A DNA stretch of 45,143 nt from Campylobacterales bacterium. Lineage in GTDB: Bacteria; Campylobacterota; Campylobacteria; Campylobacterales; SZUA-545. The stretch lies in contig JBFWML010000014.1 of the NCBI GenBank assembly GCA_050251635.1, positions 1 through 45,143 on the forward strand, given 5' to 3'. The notes below the pieces were generated by a model. That model had not been told where the DNA came from. It did not search any database and saw nothing but the letters and a program-made list of their open reading frames with translations. Position numbers and translations under genes: made by a program. Shown one piece after another: positions 8,853 to 17,064 of this stretch (position 1 is its first letter; each line of letters begins with the position of its first letter).

Positions 8853-9694
8853 CGCGTAATCTCCGTACCGATGCCCTCACTGGTAAAAATCTCCAGCAGC
8901 AGCGAGTGTTCGACGCGGCCATCCAAGATATGCGCCTTCTCCACGCCCCGATCGAGCGCTTCGAGCGCCGCATCGACCTTGGGGATCATGCCGCCGCTGA
9001 TGGTGCCGTCTTTTTTGAGGTTATCCACCTCGGCGCGGCTGAGCGAATGGAGCAGCTCTTTGTTTTTATCGAGCACGCCCGCCGTATCGGTCATGAAGAT
9101 CACCTTTTTGGCCCGGATCGCTCCGGCCACGGCGCAGGCGGCGGTGTCGGCGTTGATGTTGTAGCCGGGATGGCCCGCTTCGTGGCTGGCGGCGATGGGG
9201 GCGATAACCGGGATAAAACGGTCGTTGATCAGCCGCAAAATCACATCGGCGTTGACCTCGGTGACCTCTCCGGTGTAGCCTAAGCCCTCCATGCCCCGCG
9301 CTTTAATGGCCCCGCCGTCTTTGCCGCTCATGCCGATCGCCCGCGCGCCGTGATCGTTTAAGAGACTCACGATTTCGCTGTTGATTTCGCCGCTAAGCAC
9401 CATTTCGGCAATGCGCAGCGCTTCGCGATCGGTGACGCGCAGGCCGTTGCGAAATTCGGTTTTGAGCCCCAGCCGATCGGAGAGTTCGGTAATGCTTTTT
9501 CCGCCGCCGTGGACGATGACGGGTTTAATGCCCACGAGACTCAAAAGCACGACATCCTGTGCGAAGCGGTCTTTAAGCACGGGGTCGATCTGTGCCGCGC
9601 CGCCGTATTTGATGACGACGGTTTCGCCGTAGAAGCGTTTAATGAAGGGCAGCGCATCGAGCAGGGTTTTAACGGTTTGGATTTTGGCTTGCAT
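8849..9694 (-). CDS. argB: acetylglutamate kinase
   Basis: 281 aa. VVIKYGGAA and VHGGG motifs of the amino-acid kinase family, argB-type length. Confidence 0.9.
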   Translation of the reverse strand: MQAKIQTVKTLLDALPFIKRFYGETVVIKYGGAAQIDPVLKDRFAQDVVLLSLVGIKPVIVHGGGKSITELSDRLGLKTEFRNGLRVTDREALRIAEMVLSGEINSEIVSLLNDHGARAIGMSGKDGGAIKARGMEGLGYTGEVTEVNADVILRLINDRFIPVIAPIAASHEAGHPGYNINADTAACAVAGAIRAKKVIFMTDTAGVLDKNKELLHSLSRAEVDNLKKDGTISGGMIPKVDAALEALDRGVEKAHILDGRVEHSLLLEIFTSEGIGTEITR

Positions 9695-9719
9695 GGGGTT
9701 TTCCTCTTAAAAAGTGGCG

Positions 9720-10094
9720 TTATTGTGCGGCGGGGGCGTTTAAAATCTGATTCAAGGGCACCATCACGCCGCCCTGATTGCCGCCAAAATCGAACAGTTT
9801 ATCCAGATAGCTGCTGTCCTTGGCGGTGATATGGCAGCTTCGGCATTCGTTCAGGCTGGCGTGCTGCGGGATTTGCTGCGGAATGGACGAGGGCGCGTGG
9901 CAGGCAAAACAGTTTCCGCCGCAGGGGGCGTCGGGGTTGGTGCTTTCCTTGTGGCACTGGATACATTCGAGCATGACGCGGTGGTGGGTGTCTTGCTGGA
10001 TGTTGGCAACCAGCGCGGGGTGGCAGCTCATGCAGTCGCCGCTGCAGGCCAAGGCGACTAGGGCGGCGCTAAAGAACAGAATCGCTTTTTTCAT
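9720..10094 (-). CDS. small tetraheme cytochrome c (secreted)
   Basis: 124 aa. Signal peptide MKKAILFFSAALVALA. Four CxxCH motifs (CMSCH, CIQCH, CFACH, CRSCH) in about 100 mature residues. Confidence 0.8.
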   Translation of the reverse strand: MKKAILFFSAALVALACSGDCMSCHPALVANIQQDTHHRVMLECIQCHKESTNPDAPCGGNCFACHAPSSIPQQIPQHASLNECRSCHITAKDSSYLDKLFDFGGNQGGVMVPLNQILNAPAAQ

Positions 10095-10118
10095 GGGCCA
10101 ATAGTAGCAAAGCCCCCA

Positions 10119-10391
10119 TTACGGGCGGGTCAGGATTTCCAGTTCGGCAAGGTGGCTAAAGGCGGCTTCGTTGCTTGTGCCGCACATCTGCGCCGTGGGT
10201 TGAAGCGTGTTGCAAAAACCGGGCCGATCGGGGGTGCCAAAAAGCTTGCAAAGGTTGTTTGAATCCAGTTGCACGCAGCGAACCCCGGCGGGTTTTCCCT
10301 GCGGCATACCGGGGATGGGGCTGGTGATGGACGGGGCAATGCAGCACGCGCCGCACCCCAAGCGGCACTCAAAAGGCATGCAAAACCTCAT
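10119..10391 (-). CDS. YkgJ-like cysteine-cluster protein (putative Zn/Fe-chelating CxxxCxxCC domain)
   Basis: 90 aa. CRLGCGACC near the N-terminus plus further conserved Cys. Overlaps the thpR 3' end by 23 nt. Confidence 0.4.
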   Translation of the reverse strand: MRFCMPFECRLGCGACCIAPSITSPIPGMPQGKPAGVRCVQLDSNNLCKLFGTPDRPGFCNTLQPTAQMCGTSNEAAFSHLAELEILTRP

Positions 10392-10869
10392 ACACCGGCC
10401 CCTCGGGGCGCAGAGTGCTTTTATAAAGTTTCCACGGCCCGGCGCATTCGCCCAGCGGTTTGTCGCGCCATTCGCCCAGGGCTTCGTTGAATCGATCGGG
10501 CTCTTTAAATACCTTTGGGCGCATCAGGGTGACATGGGGCGAAAAGGGTTTGTCGCTCACAATCCCCAGCCGATCGCGCACGGTTTTTTCCAGCGTTTTA
10601 AGCTCCGGCGTCAAGGCGCAGCGGGCAAAAAAAACGTTCACCGGACGGCCAAAACTCCCCGCGCCCGCCAGCGTCAGCGGCCCGGCGGGAAAGGTTACAT
10701 CCCCAAGCCGCTCAATCACCCGCTGCGGCGCGTGGGCTTCGCCAATAAAAATCAGCGTCAAATGTAAATTTTGCGGCGGCGTCCAGCGCCCCTTGAGGCA
10801 AGGATTAAACGCCGCTTGCAGGGCGGGATAGTTGTGGAGCGCGGCGCTTCGGCCGATAAAAAGTCTCAC
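10369..10869 (-). CDS. thpR: RNA 2',3'-cyclic phosphodiesterase (ThpR/LigT, 2H phosphoesterase)
   Basis: 166 aa. Starts MRLF with a GTG start overlapping the vapC stop (GTGA). Two H-x-T-x motifs (HLTLIF and HVTLMR). Confidence 0.8.
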   Translation of the reverse strand: MRLFIGRSAALHNYPALQAAFNPCLKGRWTPPQNLHLTLIFIGEAHAPQRVIERLGDVTFPAGPLTLAGAGSFGRPVNVFFARCALTPELKTLEKTVRDRLGIVSDKPFSPHVTLMRPKVFKEPDRFNEALGEWRDKPLGECAGPWKLYKSTLRPEGPVYEVLHAF

Positions 10870-11243
10870 GGCTTAAAAACCCGCAAATTGAGTTCCTGTA
10901 GATAGTCGAAGTGTTTGCGGTTGGCGCTGCACAAGGGCAGGTTGTGTTCGATCGCGGTGGCGGCAATAACGGCGTCGCCCGCCCGCAGGCCGTGCGAAAG
11001 TGCAAACTCTTCCACATACACCGCTGCCCGCTGGCCGATGGCCCCGCTAAGCGGCAGGGTGGAGAAGTTCATCTCCTTCAAAAACGACCGCACGGTTTTA
11101 TGCTGGTTTTTGTTCTGCGCCGCCTGCAAAAGCTCCATATAAGTGTAAATGGAAATACAGGGTTCCGCGCAGTCGTCAATAAGTTTTGCCGCTTCACGGT
11201 TGCCGCGCTGAACCCAGATTAAGACATCGGTATCAAACAACAT
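10866..11243 (-). CDS. vapC: type II toxin VapC (PIN-domain ribonuclease)
   Basis: 125 aa. N-terminal MLFDTDVLI with the PIN acidic residues. 11-nt overlap with the upstream antitoxin gene. Confidence 0.8.
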   Translation of the reverse strand: MLFDTDVLIWVQRGNREAAKLIDDCAEPCISIYTYMELLQAAQNKNQHKTVRSFLKEMNFSTLPLSGAIGQRAAVYVEEFALSHGLRAGDAVIAATAIEHNLPLCSANRKHFDYLQELNLRVFKP

Positions 11244-11475
11244 GAACGCGCCCGCTTCGCAGTTTTTCCATCACGCTTTCGACGCTTTCGGCTTCGTCTT
11301 GATACATGCCAAAAAAAGGGTGCTCGGCGGCGCTCTTGCGCGTCTTTTTGGGCGCGGCAGGTTCGATCGAGCCTTTTAGAACGCCGCGATAGAAGATTTC
11401 AACCTTCTCGTTACGGTCAAGCGCACGGATAATCTCTTTGGTTTTATAACGCAGATCGACCACGCTGGCTTCCAC
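11233..11475 (-). CDS. vapB: type II antitoxin, Phd/YefM-like
   Basis: 80 aa. Small, directly upstream of and overlapping vapC. N-terminal segment resembles Phd/YefM antitoxins. Confidence 0.55.
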   Translation of the reverse strand: MEASVVDLRYKTKEIIRALDRNEKVEIFYRGVLKGSIEPAAPKKTRKSAAEHPFFGMYQDEAESVESVMEKLRSGRVHVV

Positions 11476-11702
11476 AATGACTCCTTTGAAATGTCTAGTT
11501 GGGAGTGTAGCATAGATTCAAAAGGCTTTGAGCCTGTGCTAACCGTTGTGGTGCTGAAATAAGCACCATCATCAGTTTTTGAGCTGGATATTTAAGGTTT
11601 GAATGGCAGAATCTATCGATTTTATAGGTTGTTTCGGCGATAAAAGCAGCCTAGCCCTGTTTTTCTCGTTTTTTCCGATTGGCTTAAGGATAGGATTGGC
11701 AG

Positions 11703-12263
11703 ATGAAAATTTTTGTTTTATGCTTGATTGTATTGACGCTGGCCTTCCCTCAGAATAGTGAAAACAAAAAAAGGTTCAATGAGGCCCCCATTAACACTTT
11801 TGTGTTTATTGGCAACGGATTGGTATGCAAAACAAACCTGAGCGGCGATAGTGTTTATGACTGCTATCGGTTTGGAAAATTTCGGATTGGTGATTCATTT
11901 TCAATCATTCAAAACCACTTTGGCAATTCGAGACAAATTATCAATCAAGACGGTGGCATAAATCACCATGTATATCATTTCCCCACAGACGGGAACATTA
12001 GTGCCTATTGGGTTTTTACAGAAAAAGAAGGTTTGATTGATGCCATTCAGCTCACGGGTAATGCTAGGCATCCTAATTTGAATTTTGCCGGTGTTATGCT
12101 GGGCGACAGCGAGGGGCGGGTGCTGGAGTTGCTTGGCCCAAAAAGAAAAGTATCAACTGTCCCCGATGTTAATGCCACACTTTGGGACTATTCTCCTTTC
12201 CAGATATCGCTTGAGTTTATTAATGGGTTTGTTTATTCAATAAGAATATCTAGTTATCAATAG
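11703..12263 (+). CDS. hypothetical secreted protein encoded in an AT-rich islet
   Basis: 186 aa. Signal peptide MKIFVLCLIVLTLAFP. AGGA SD 8 nt upstream. Local GC about 38-40% against about 60% for the window. No recognisable domain. Confidence 0.5.
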   Translation: MKIFVLCLIVLTLAFPQNSENKKRFNEAPINTFVFIGNGLVCKTNLSGDSVYDCYRFGKFRIGDSFSIIQNHFGNSRQIINQDGGINHHVYHFPTDGNISAYWVFTEKEGLIDAIQLTGNARHPNLNFAGVMLGDSEGRVLELLGPKRKVSTVPDVNATLWDYSPFQISLEFINGFVYSIRISSYQ

Positions 12264-12341
12264 TTCTTGATAGGGCTAAAAACACAGGATGACCATCGCG
12301 CCGATATTGGGTTTGCGGCAATGTGCATTAGCGGGTTTGTG

Positions 12342-13373
12342 TTAAACAATATACCCACCCCCCAACAATCGATCCCCGTCATAAAACACCGCCGCCTGTC
12401 CCGGCGCGATGGCGAATTCGGGGCTGTCCAGCCGCACGGTTGCGCCGCCGTGATTGTCTAGAATGACCGTGCCGGGGTTTTTGGGGTTGCGGTAGCGCAC
12501 TTTGATTAGGGCTTTGAATTCTTTTTGCGCGGGCGTAAAAAACAGGTTTAGGTCGCGCACTTTAAATTCGCTCTCGTAGATGCCCTCTTTGGGGGCGACC
12601 ACAATCTGGTTTTTTTCGGCGATGATGCGTTTAACGTACAGCGGCTCTTTGGCTCCGGGCACCGTAAAGCCGCGCCGTTTGCCGATGGTGTATTGCATAT
12701 AGCCGTGGTGGGTGCCGATGCGGCGGCCCTTTATATCCAGTACTTCGCCGGGGTTTTCCACCTGCAAATGGCGGCTGATCACGTCGATATAGTCGGTCTC
12801 CACAAAACAAATCTCGGTGCTCTCTTTTTGGGTGGCCAGTTCGGTCAAAAAGGGAATTTCAGCGGCCATCGCCTTGACTTCGCTTTTTTGCAGATTGCCC
12901 AGCGGGAAAATCAGGCGGGGCAGGGCCTCTTTGCGGACATTAAAAAGAAAATAGCTTTGGTCTTTGGTGTCGTCTTCGGCCTGGTAAAAAAACTCGCCGT
13001 CGGTGCGGATGTAGTGGCCCGTGGCCAGATAGTCGCAGCCGACCTCATCGGCGTAATCCAGCAGCGCGCCAAACTTCATGACGCGGTTGCAAAAGGTGCA
13101 GGGGTTGGGGGTTTCGCCGCTTTCGTAAATATCGATAAAAGGCTGATACACCAGCTCCTCAAACATCCCCTGACGCTCAAGCACATGGTAGGGAAAGCCG
13201 AAATACTCCGCCACCTTGGCGACCTTGCGGATGTTTTCCCTGTGGCTCTCTTCGCGGCCGTGCAGCTTCATATAAACGCCGGTCAGCTCGTAGCCTTGGT
13301 CGATCAGCAGTTTGGCGGTCATGCTCGAATCCACCCCACCGCTCAGCGCCACTAAAACCTTTTTTTTACCCAT
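12342..13373 (-). CDS. mnmA: tRNA 2-thiouridine(34) synthase
   Basis: 343 aa. PP-loop VLVALSGGVDSS. Typical MnmA length and core. Confidence 0.9.
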   Translation of the reverse strand: MGKKKVLVALSGGVDSSMTAKLLIDQGYELTGVYMKLHGREESHRENIRKVAKVAEYFGFPYHVLERQGMFEELVYQPFIDIYESGETPNPCTFCNRVMKFGALLDYADEVGCDYLATGHYIRTDGEFFYQAEDDTKDQSYFLFNVRKEALPRLIFPLGNLQKSEVKAMAAEIPFLTELATQKESTEICFVETDYIDVISRHLQVENPGEVLDIKGRRIGTHHGYMQYTIGKRRGFTVPGAKEPLYVKRIIAEKNQIVVAPKEGIYESEFKVRDLNLFFTPAQKEFKALIKVRYRNPKNPGTVILDNHGGATVRLDSPEFAIAPGQAAVFYDGDRLLGGGYIV

Positions 13374-13383
13374 TAAAAACTCC

Positions 13384-14211
13384 TCAAAAATCGCAGACGG
13401 TGCCTTCGTAATCGCTCAGCGCCTCAATGCCGTGCTCCCCGCAGACGCGGCATTTGGGGTTCTTTTTGAACCGCACTTTTCTAAAATCCATCGTTTTGGC
13501 GTCAAAATGCAGCATCTGATCGCTCAATGCGTCGCCCGTGCCGATCAGGTATTTAAGCGCCTCGGCAGCCTGAATGGTGCCCAGCATTCCCGCCACCGCG
13601 CCCAAAATACCCGCCGTGGCGCAGGTGGGGACGCTTTCAGCGGGGGGCGGCGAATCGAACACGCAGGCGTAACAGGCGCTTTTATGGGGCAGCACCGTCA
13701 TGGTTTGCCCCGTAAAACGCAAAATCCCGCCGTGGGAGTAGGGTTTGTTTGCCAGTACGCAGGCATCGTTGATCAAAAACTTGGCGGCAAAGTTGTCGGT
13801 GCCGTCGATGACGAAGTCGTAGTTTTTCACCAACGCCAGCAGGTTGCTTGCATTCACGGCCATCACGTGGGGTTCGATGACAATGTGCGGGTTCAAGGCC
13901 CGCATCGACTCCGCCGCCGAAAGCGCCTTGGGCGTGCCGGTGCGGGCCTCAGTGTGGATGACCTGCCGTTGCAGGTTGCTCGGCTCCACCACATCGTGAT
14001 CCACAATGCCGATGCGCCCGACCCCGGCGGCGGCCAGATAGAGCGCCACCGGACTGCCCAAACCCCCCGCGCCGATAATCAGAACGCTGGAGTCCAGCAG
14101 TTTGGACTGCCCCTCGGCCCCCACGCCCTCTAGAATGATGTGGCGGGCGTAGCGTTCGTATTCGTCGTCGGTGAGTTCTCGCACGGGAAATCCTCTTTTG
14201 GTTTGCGCCAT
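13384..14211 (-). CDS. moeB: ThiF/MoeB-family E1-like adenylyltransferase with two C-terminal CxxC pairs
   Basis: 275 aa. Nucleotide-binding GAGGLGS. CYAC ... CRVC zinc motif. 10 nt upstream of mnmA on the same strand. Confidence 0.75.
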   Translation of the reverse strand: MAQTKRGFPVRELTDDEYERYARHIILEGVGAEGQSKLLDSSVLIIGAGGLGSPVALYLAAAGVGRIGIVDHDVVEPSNLQRQVIHTEARTGTPKALSAAESMRALNPHIVIEPHVMAVNASNLLALVKNYDFVIDGTDNFAAKFLINDACVLANKPYSHGGILRFTGQTMTVLPHKSACYACVFDSPPPAESVPTCATAGILGAVAGMLGTIQAAEALKYLIGTGDALSDQMLHFDAKTMDFRKVRFKKNPKCRVCGEHGIEALSDYEGTVCDF

Positions 14212-14265
14212 TCTAACGTCTTTGGGCCGAAAGTTTAATCGAAGGCAAAAATAATGTCAAGTATC

Positions 14266-14294
14266 TTGACAAAGATAATAAACTATTTTAGAAT
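14266..14294 (+). promoter_or_regulatory. sigma70-type promoter for the Rrf2 regulator and cysK
   Basis: TTGACA (14266-14271), 17-bp spacer, TAGAAT (14289-14294). A second possible -10 TATACT at 14351-14356. Confidence 0.45.
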
Positions 14295-14404
14295 TTCACC
14301 GGATTCAATGTTGACCGTGCAACCTGAGATTGTGCTAAGCATCTCTCTCCTATACTGGATGTTTTTAAATCTCTAGTATAAAGCTAAACAATACAGGGGG
14401 AGCG

Positions 14405-14818
14405 ATGGTTTGCGTTTCGTCCAAGGGAGCCTACGGTCTGGCGGCCATGCTGTATCTGGCCCAAAACCGCGATCGGCTGGTGCAGATTAAAGACATTGCC
14501 AAAAGCGGAGACATCCCGCAAAACTACCTCGAACAGTTGCTCGTTCAGCTGAAAAAGGCGGGTTTTGTCGAAAGTATCCGCGGGGCGCGGGGCGGCTACC
14601 GTCTGGCGGCCGATCCCAAAGAGTTGACGGTGTTTCAGATTCTGGGCGCACTGGAGGGCGATTTGGTCAATTGTGACAAATACACCACCGCCAGCCGGAC
14701 GCTGAACCACTTTTGGGCCGAAACCAGCCGCAAGGTTGAGCAGGCTTTTGAGGTTTCGCTTCAGGAGCTGGTCGATAGAAGCCTGAAGCTCGACGAAGCC
14801 GTGATGTACCATATTTGA
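14405..14818 (+). CDS. Rrf2-family transcriptional regulator (CymR/IscR-like)
   Basis: 137 aa. N-terminal Rrf2 winged-helix signature [17 protein letters not shown] ... [32 protein letters not shown]. Immediately upstream of cysK. Confidence 0.8.
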   Translation: MVCVSSKGAYGLAAMLYLAQNRDRLVQIKDIAKSGDIPQNYLEQLLVQLKKAGFVESIRGARGGYRLAADPKELTVFQILGALEGDLVNCDKYTTASRTLNHFWAETSRKVEQAFEVSLQELVDRSLKLDEAVMYHI

Positions 14819-14828
14819 AAGGCGAACG

Positions 14829-15749
14829 ATGAAGATTGCCAACAACGTAACCGAGCTGATCGGCAACACGCCGCTGGTGCGGCTAAACCGCGTGGTTCCC
14901 GCCGGTATCCATGTGCTGGGCAAGTGCGAATTTATGAACCCGACCCACTCGGTCAAAGACCGCATCGGTTACAGCATGATCAACGACGCCGTTGCCAAAG
15001 GGCAGATTACGCCGGGCAAAACGGTTATTATCGAACCCACCAGCGGCAACACGGGCATTGCGCTGGCGAGCGTCTGCGCCGGGCTGGGGATTGAGCTGAT
15101 CCTTACGATGCCCAGCTCCATGAGCGTCGAACGCCAGCGGGTGTTGCGGGCCTTGGGCGCCAAGATTGAGCTGACGGCACCGGAACTGGGTATGCGCGGC
15201 GCGGTCGAAAAGGCCGAAGAGCTGCAGCGGGCCAATAAAAACGCCATCATTTTGCAGCAGTTTCAAAACCCCGCCAACCCCGACATTCACCGCAAAACCA
15301 CCGCCGAAGAGATTTGGCGCGATACCGACGGCACGGTCGATATTTTCGTAGCGGCGGTCGGTACGGGCGGCACGTTGACCGGCACGGGTGAGGCGCTCAA
15401 GGCCAAAAACCCGGCCATTGAAATCATTGCCGTCGAACCGGCCGATTCGGCGGTTTTAAGCGGCGGAAACCCCTGCCCGCACAAAATTCAGGGCATCGGC
15501 GCGGGCTTTGTGCCCAAGGTGCTCAACACCAAGCTCTACAAAGAGGTGGTGCAGGTCAGCAACGATGCGGCGATCGAGATGGCCCGCCGCTTGGCCCGGG
15601 AAGAGGGGCTTTTGGTGGGCATCTCCGCCGGGGCCAATGTTCAGGCGGCGATCGAGGTGGCCGCCCGCCCCGAAAACCGGGGCAAAACCGTCGTGACTGT
15701 CCTGTGCGACACGGGCGAACGGTATCTCAGTTCGGGACTTTTTGATTAA
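14829..15749 (+). CDS. cysK: cysteine synthase A (O-acetylserine sulfhydrylase)
   Basis: 306 aa. PLP-lysine motif PTHSVKDR. Glycine-rich [10 protein letters not shown]. Confidence 0.9.
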   Translation: MKIANNVTELIGNTPLVRLNRVVPAGIHVLGKCEFMNPTHSVKDRIGYSMINDAVAKGQITPGKTVIIEPTSGNTGIALASVCAGLGIELILTMPSSMSVERQRVLRALGAKIELTAPELGMRGAVEKAEELQRANKNAIILQQFQNPANPDIHRKTTAEEIWRDTDGTVDIFVAAVGTGGTLTGTGEALKAKNPAIEIIAVEPADSAVLSGGNPCPHKIQGIGAGFVPKVLNTKLYKEVVQVSNDAAIEMARRLAREEGLLVGISAGANVQAAIEVAARPENRGKTVVTVLCDTGERYLSSGLFD

Positions 15750-15755
15750 ATTTCT

Positions 15756-15775
15756 GCCCCAAAGGGGCAAGCTTT
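15756..15775 (+). terminator. weak hairpin (GCCCC-aaa-GGGGC) after cysK, followed by AAGCTTT
   Basis: 5-bp GC stem and 3-nt loop. Poor U-tract, so terminator function is uncertain. Confidence 0.25.
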
Positions 15776-15840
15776 AGTGGCCATAGCGGCCCAAGCGTAG
15801 CCGTAGGGGGCTTTGCTCCCTGCGGCGGATAAGGAAAAAA

Positions 15841-17064
15841 ATGAACGGCTTTACGACCAAGGCGCTCCACGCCCCCCGGCCCAAGGCTGACCCCTTCGGC
15901 GCGCTTCGCATGGCCGTGTACGACAACGCGGCCTTCGAGTTTGAAAGCGCCGAGGCGATCGAGGCGACTTTTACGGGCCAAAAACCCGGCCACACCTACA
16001 CCCGCGCCTCCAACCCCACCGTCGAAGAGCTTGAAAACAAAGTCAAACTCCTCAGCGGCGCGCACGGCGTAATCGCCACCGCCAGCGGCATGGCGGCGAT
16101 CACCACGGCGATCTTCGCGCTGGTGCGAAGCGGCGAAAATATCGTTACCACCGATCGGCTTTTTGGACACACCCTGTCGTTTTTCAAAAAAACCGCCAAA
16201 AATCTGGGGATCGAAACCCGTTTTGTGGATGTGCTCGATCCGGCGGCGGTCGCCAAGGCGTGCGACGCAAAAACCCGCGTCATTTTCTTTGAAACCATTA
16301 GCAATCCGCAGCTTCAGGTGGCCGACGCGGCGGCTCTAAGTGCCGTGGCCCGCGAAAAAAACGCGGTACTCATGGCCGACACCACCATGACGCCGATCTA
16401 CCTGTTCGACGCCAAAAAACACGGGGTGGACGTGGAGGTGATTTCGGCCACCAAATACATCTCCGGCGGCGGCACGACGATCGGCGGGCTTATCCTTGAC
16501 CACGGCCTGTTTGATTGGGGCAAGCTGGACGCATTGCGCCCCCATTTTGAAAAGGCCGGGCAAAACGCGCTGATCGCAAAACTCAAAAAAGAGGTGTACC
16601 GCAACCTCGGCCCCGCGCTCAGTCCGCACAACGCCTATTTGCAAAGTCTGGGGCTGGAAACGATGGCGCTAAGAATCGAACGAAGCTGCCAAAACGCGCT
16701 GGAGCTGGCCAAGTGGCTGGGCGAGCAACCGCAGGTAAAAACGGTGAACTACCCCGGCTTGGAAAGTTCGCCCTTTTGCGCGGCGGCCAAAAAACAGTTC
16801 CGCCACGCCGGAGCGATTCTAACCTTTGATCTGGCAAGCAAAGAGGCGATCTACCGCTTTATGAACGCCCTAAAACTGGTGCGCCGCGCCACAAACATCA
16901 ACGACAACAAAAGCCTGATCATCGCGCCCTACCACACGATCTACGCCGAAAACAGCCCCGAAGAGCGCCTCGCGTTTGACGTGCGGCCCACAATGCTGCG
17001 CCTATCGGTGGGGATTGAGGATATTGAGGATTTAAAAGCGGATATTTCGCAAGCCTTGGCATGA
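15841..17064 (+). CDS. metY: O-acetylhomoserine aminocarboxypropyltransferase / sulfhydrylase (Cys/Met-metabolism PLP enzyme)
   Basis: 407 aa. Cys_Met_Meta_PP family layout. PLP-lysine region VEVISATKYISGGG. Confidence 0.8.
   Translation: MNGFTTKALHAPRPKADPFGALRMAVYDNAAFEFESAEAIEATFTGQKPGHTYTRASNPTVEELENKVKLLSGAHGVIATASGMAAITTAIFALVRSGENIVTTDRLFGHTLSFFKKTAKNLGIETRFVDVLDPAAVAKACDAKTRVIFFETISNPQLQVADAAALSAVAREKNAVLMADTTMTPIYLFDAKKHGVDVEVISATKYISGGGTTIGGLILDHGLFDWGKLDALRPHFEKAGQNALIAKLKKEVYRNLGPALSPHNAYLQSLGLETMALRIERSCQNALELAKWLGEQPQVKTVNYPGLESSPFCAAAKKQFRHAGAILTFDLASKEAIYRFMNALKLVRRATNINDNKSLIIAPYHTIYAENSPEERLAFDVRPTMLRLSVGIEDIEDLKADISQALA

Noticed and set aside
11550-11580. Hairpin GGTGCT-gaaata-AGCACC followed 8 nt later by TTTTT
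   Set aside because: The T-run is too far from the stem for a canonical intrinsic terminator. There is no plus-strand gene upstream that it could terminate. It lies in the vapB promoter region and was not called.
12267-12461. 64-aa ORF at the right edge of the AT-rich islet
   Set aside because: Overlaps the 3' end of mnmA on the opposite strand. No RBS. Likely spurious.
12693-14133. Two plus-strand ORFs (220 and 273 aa)
   Set aside because: Antisense to mnmA and the MoeB-like gene, both of which have clear family signatures.
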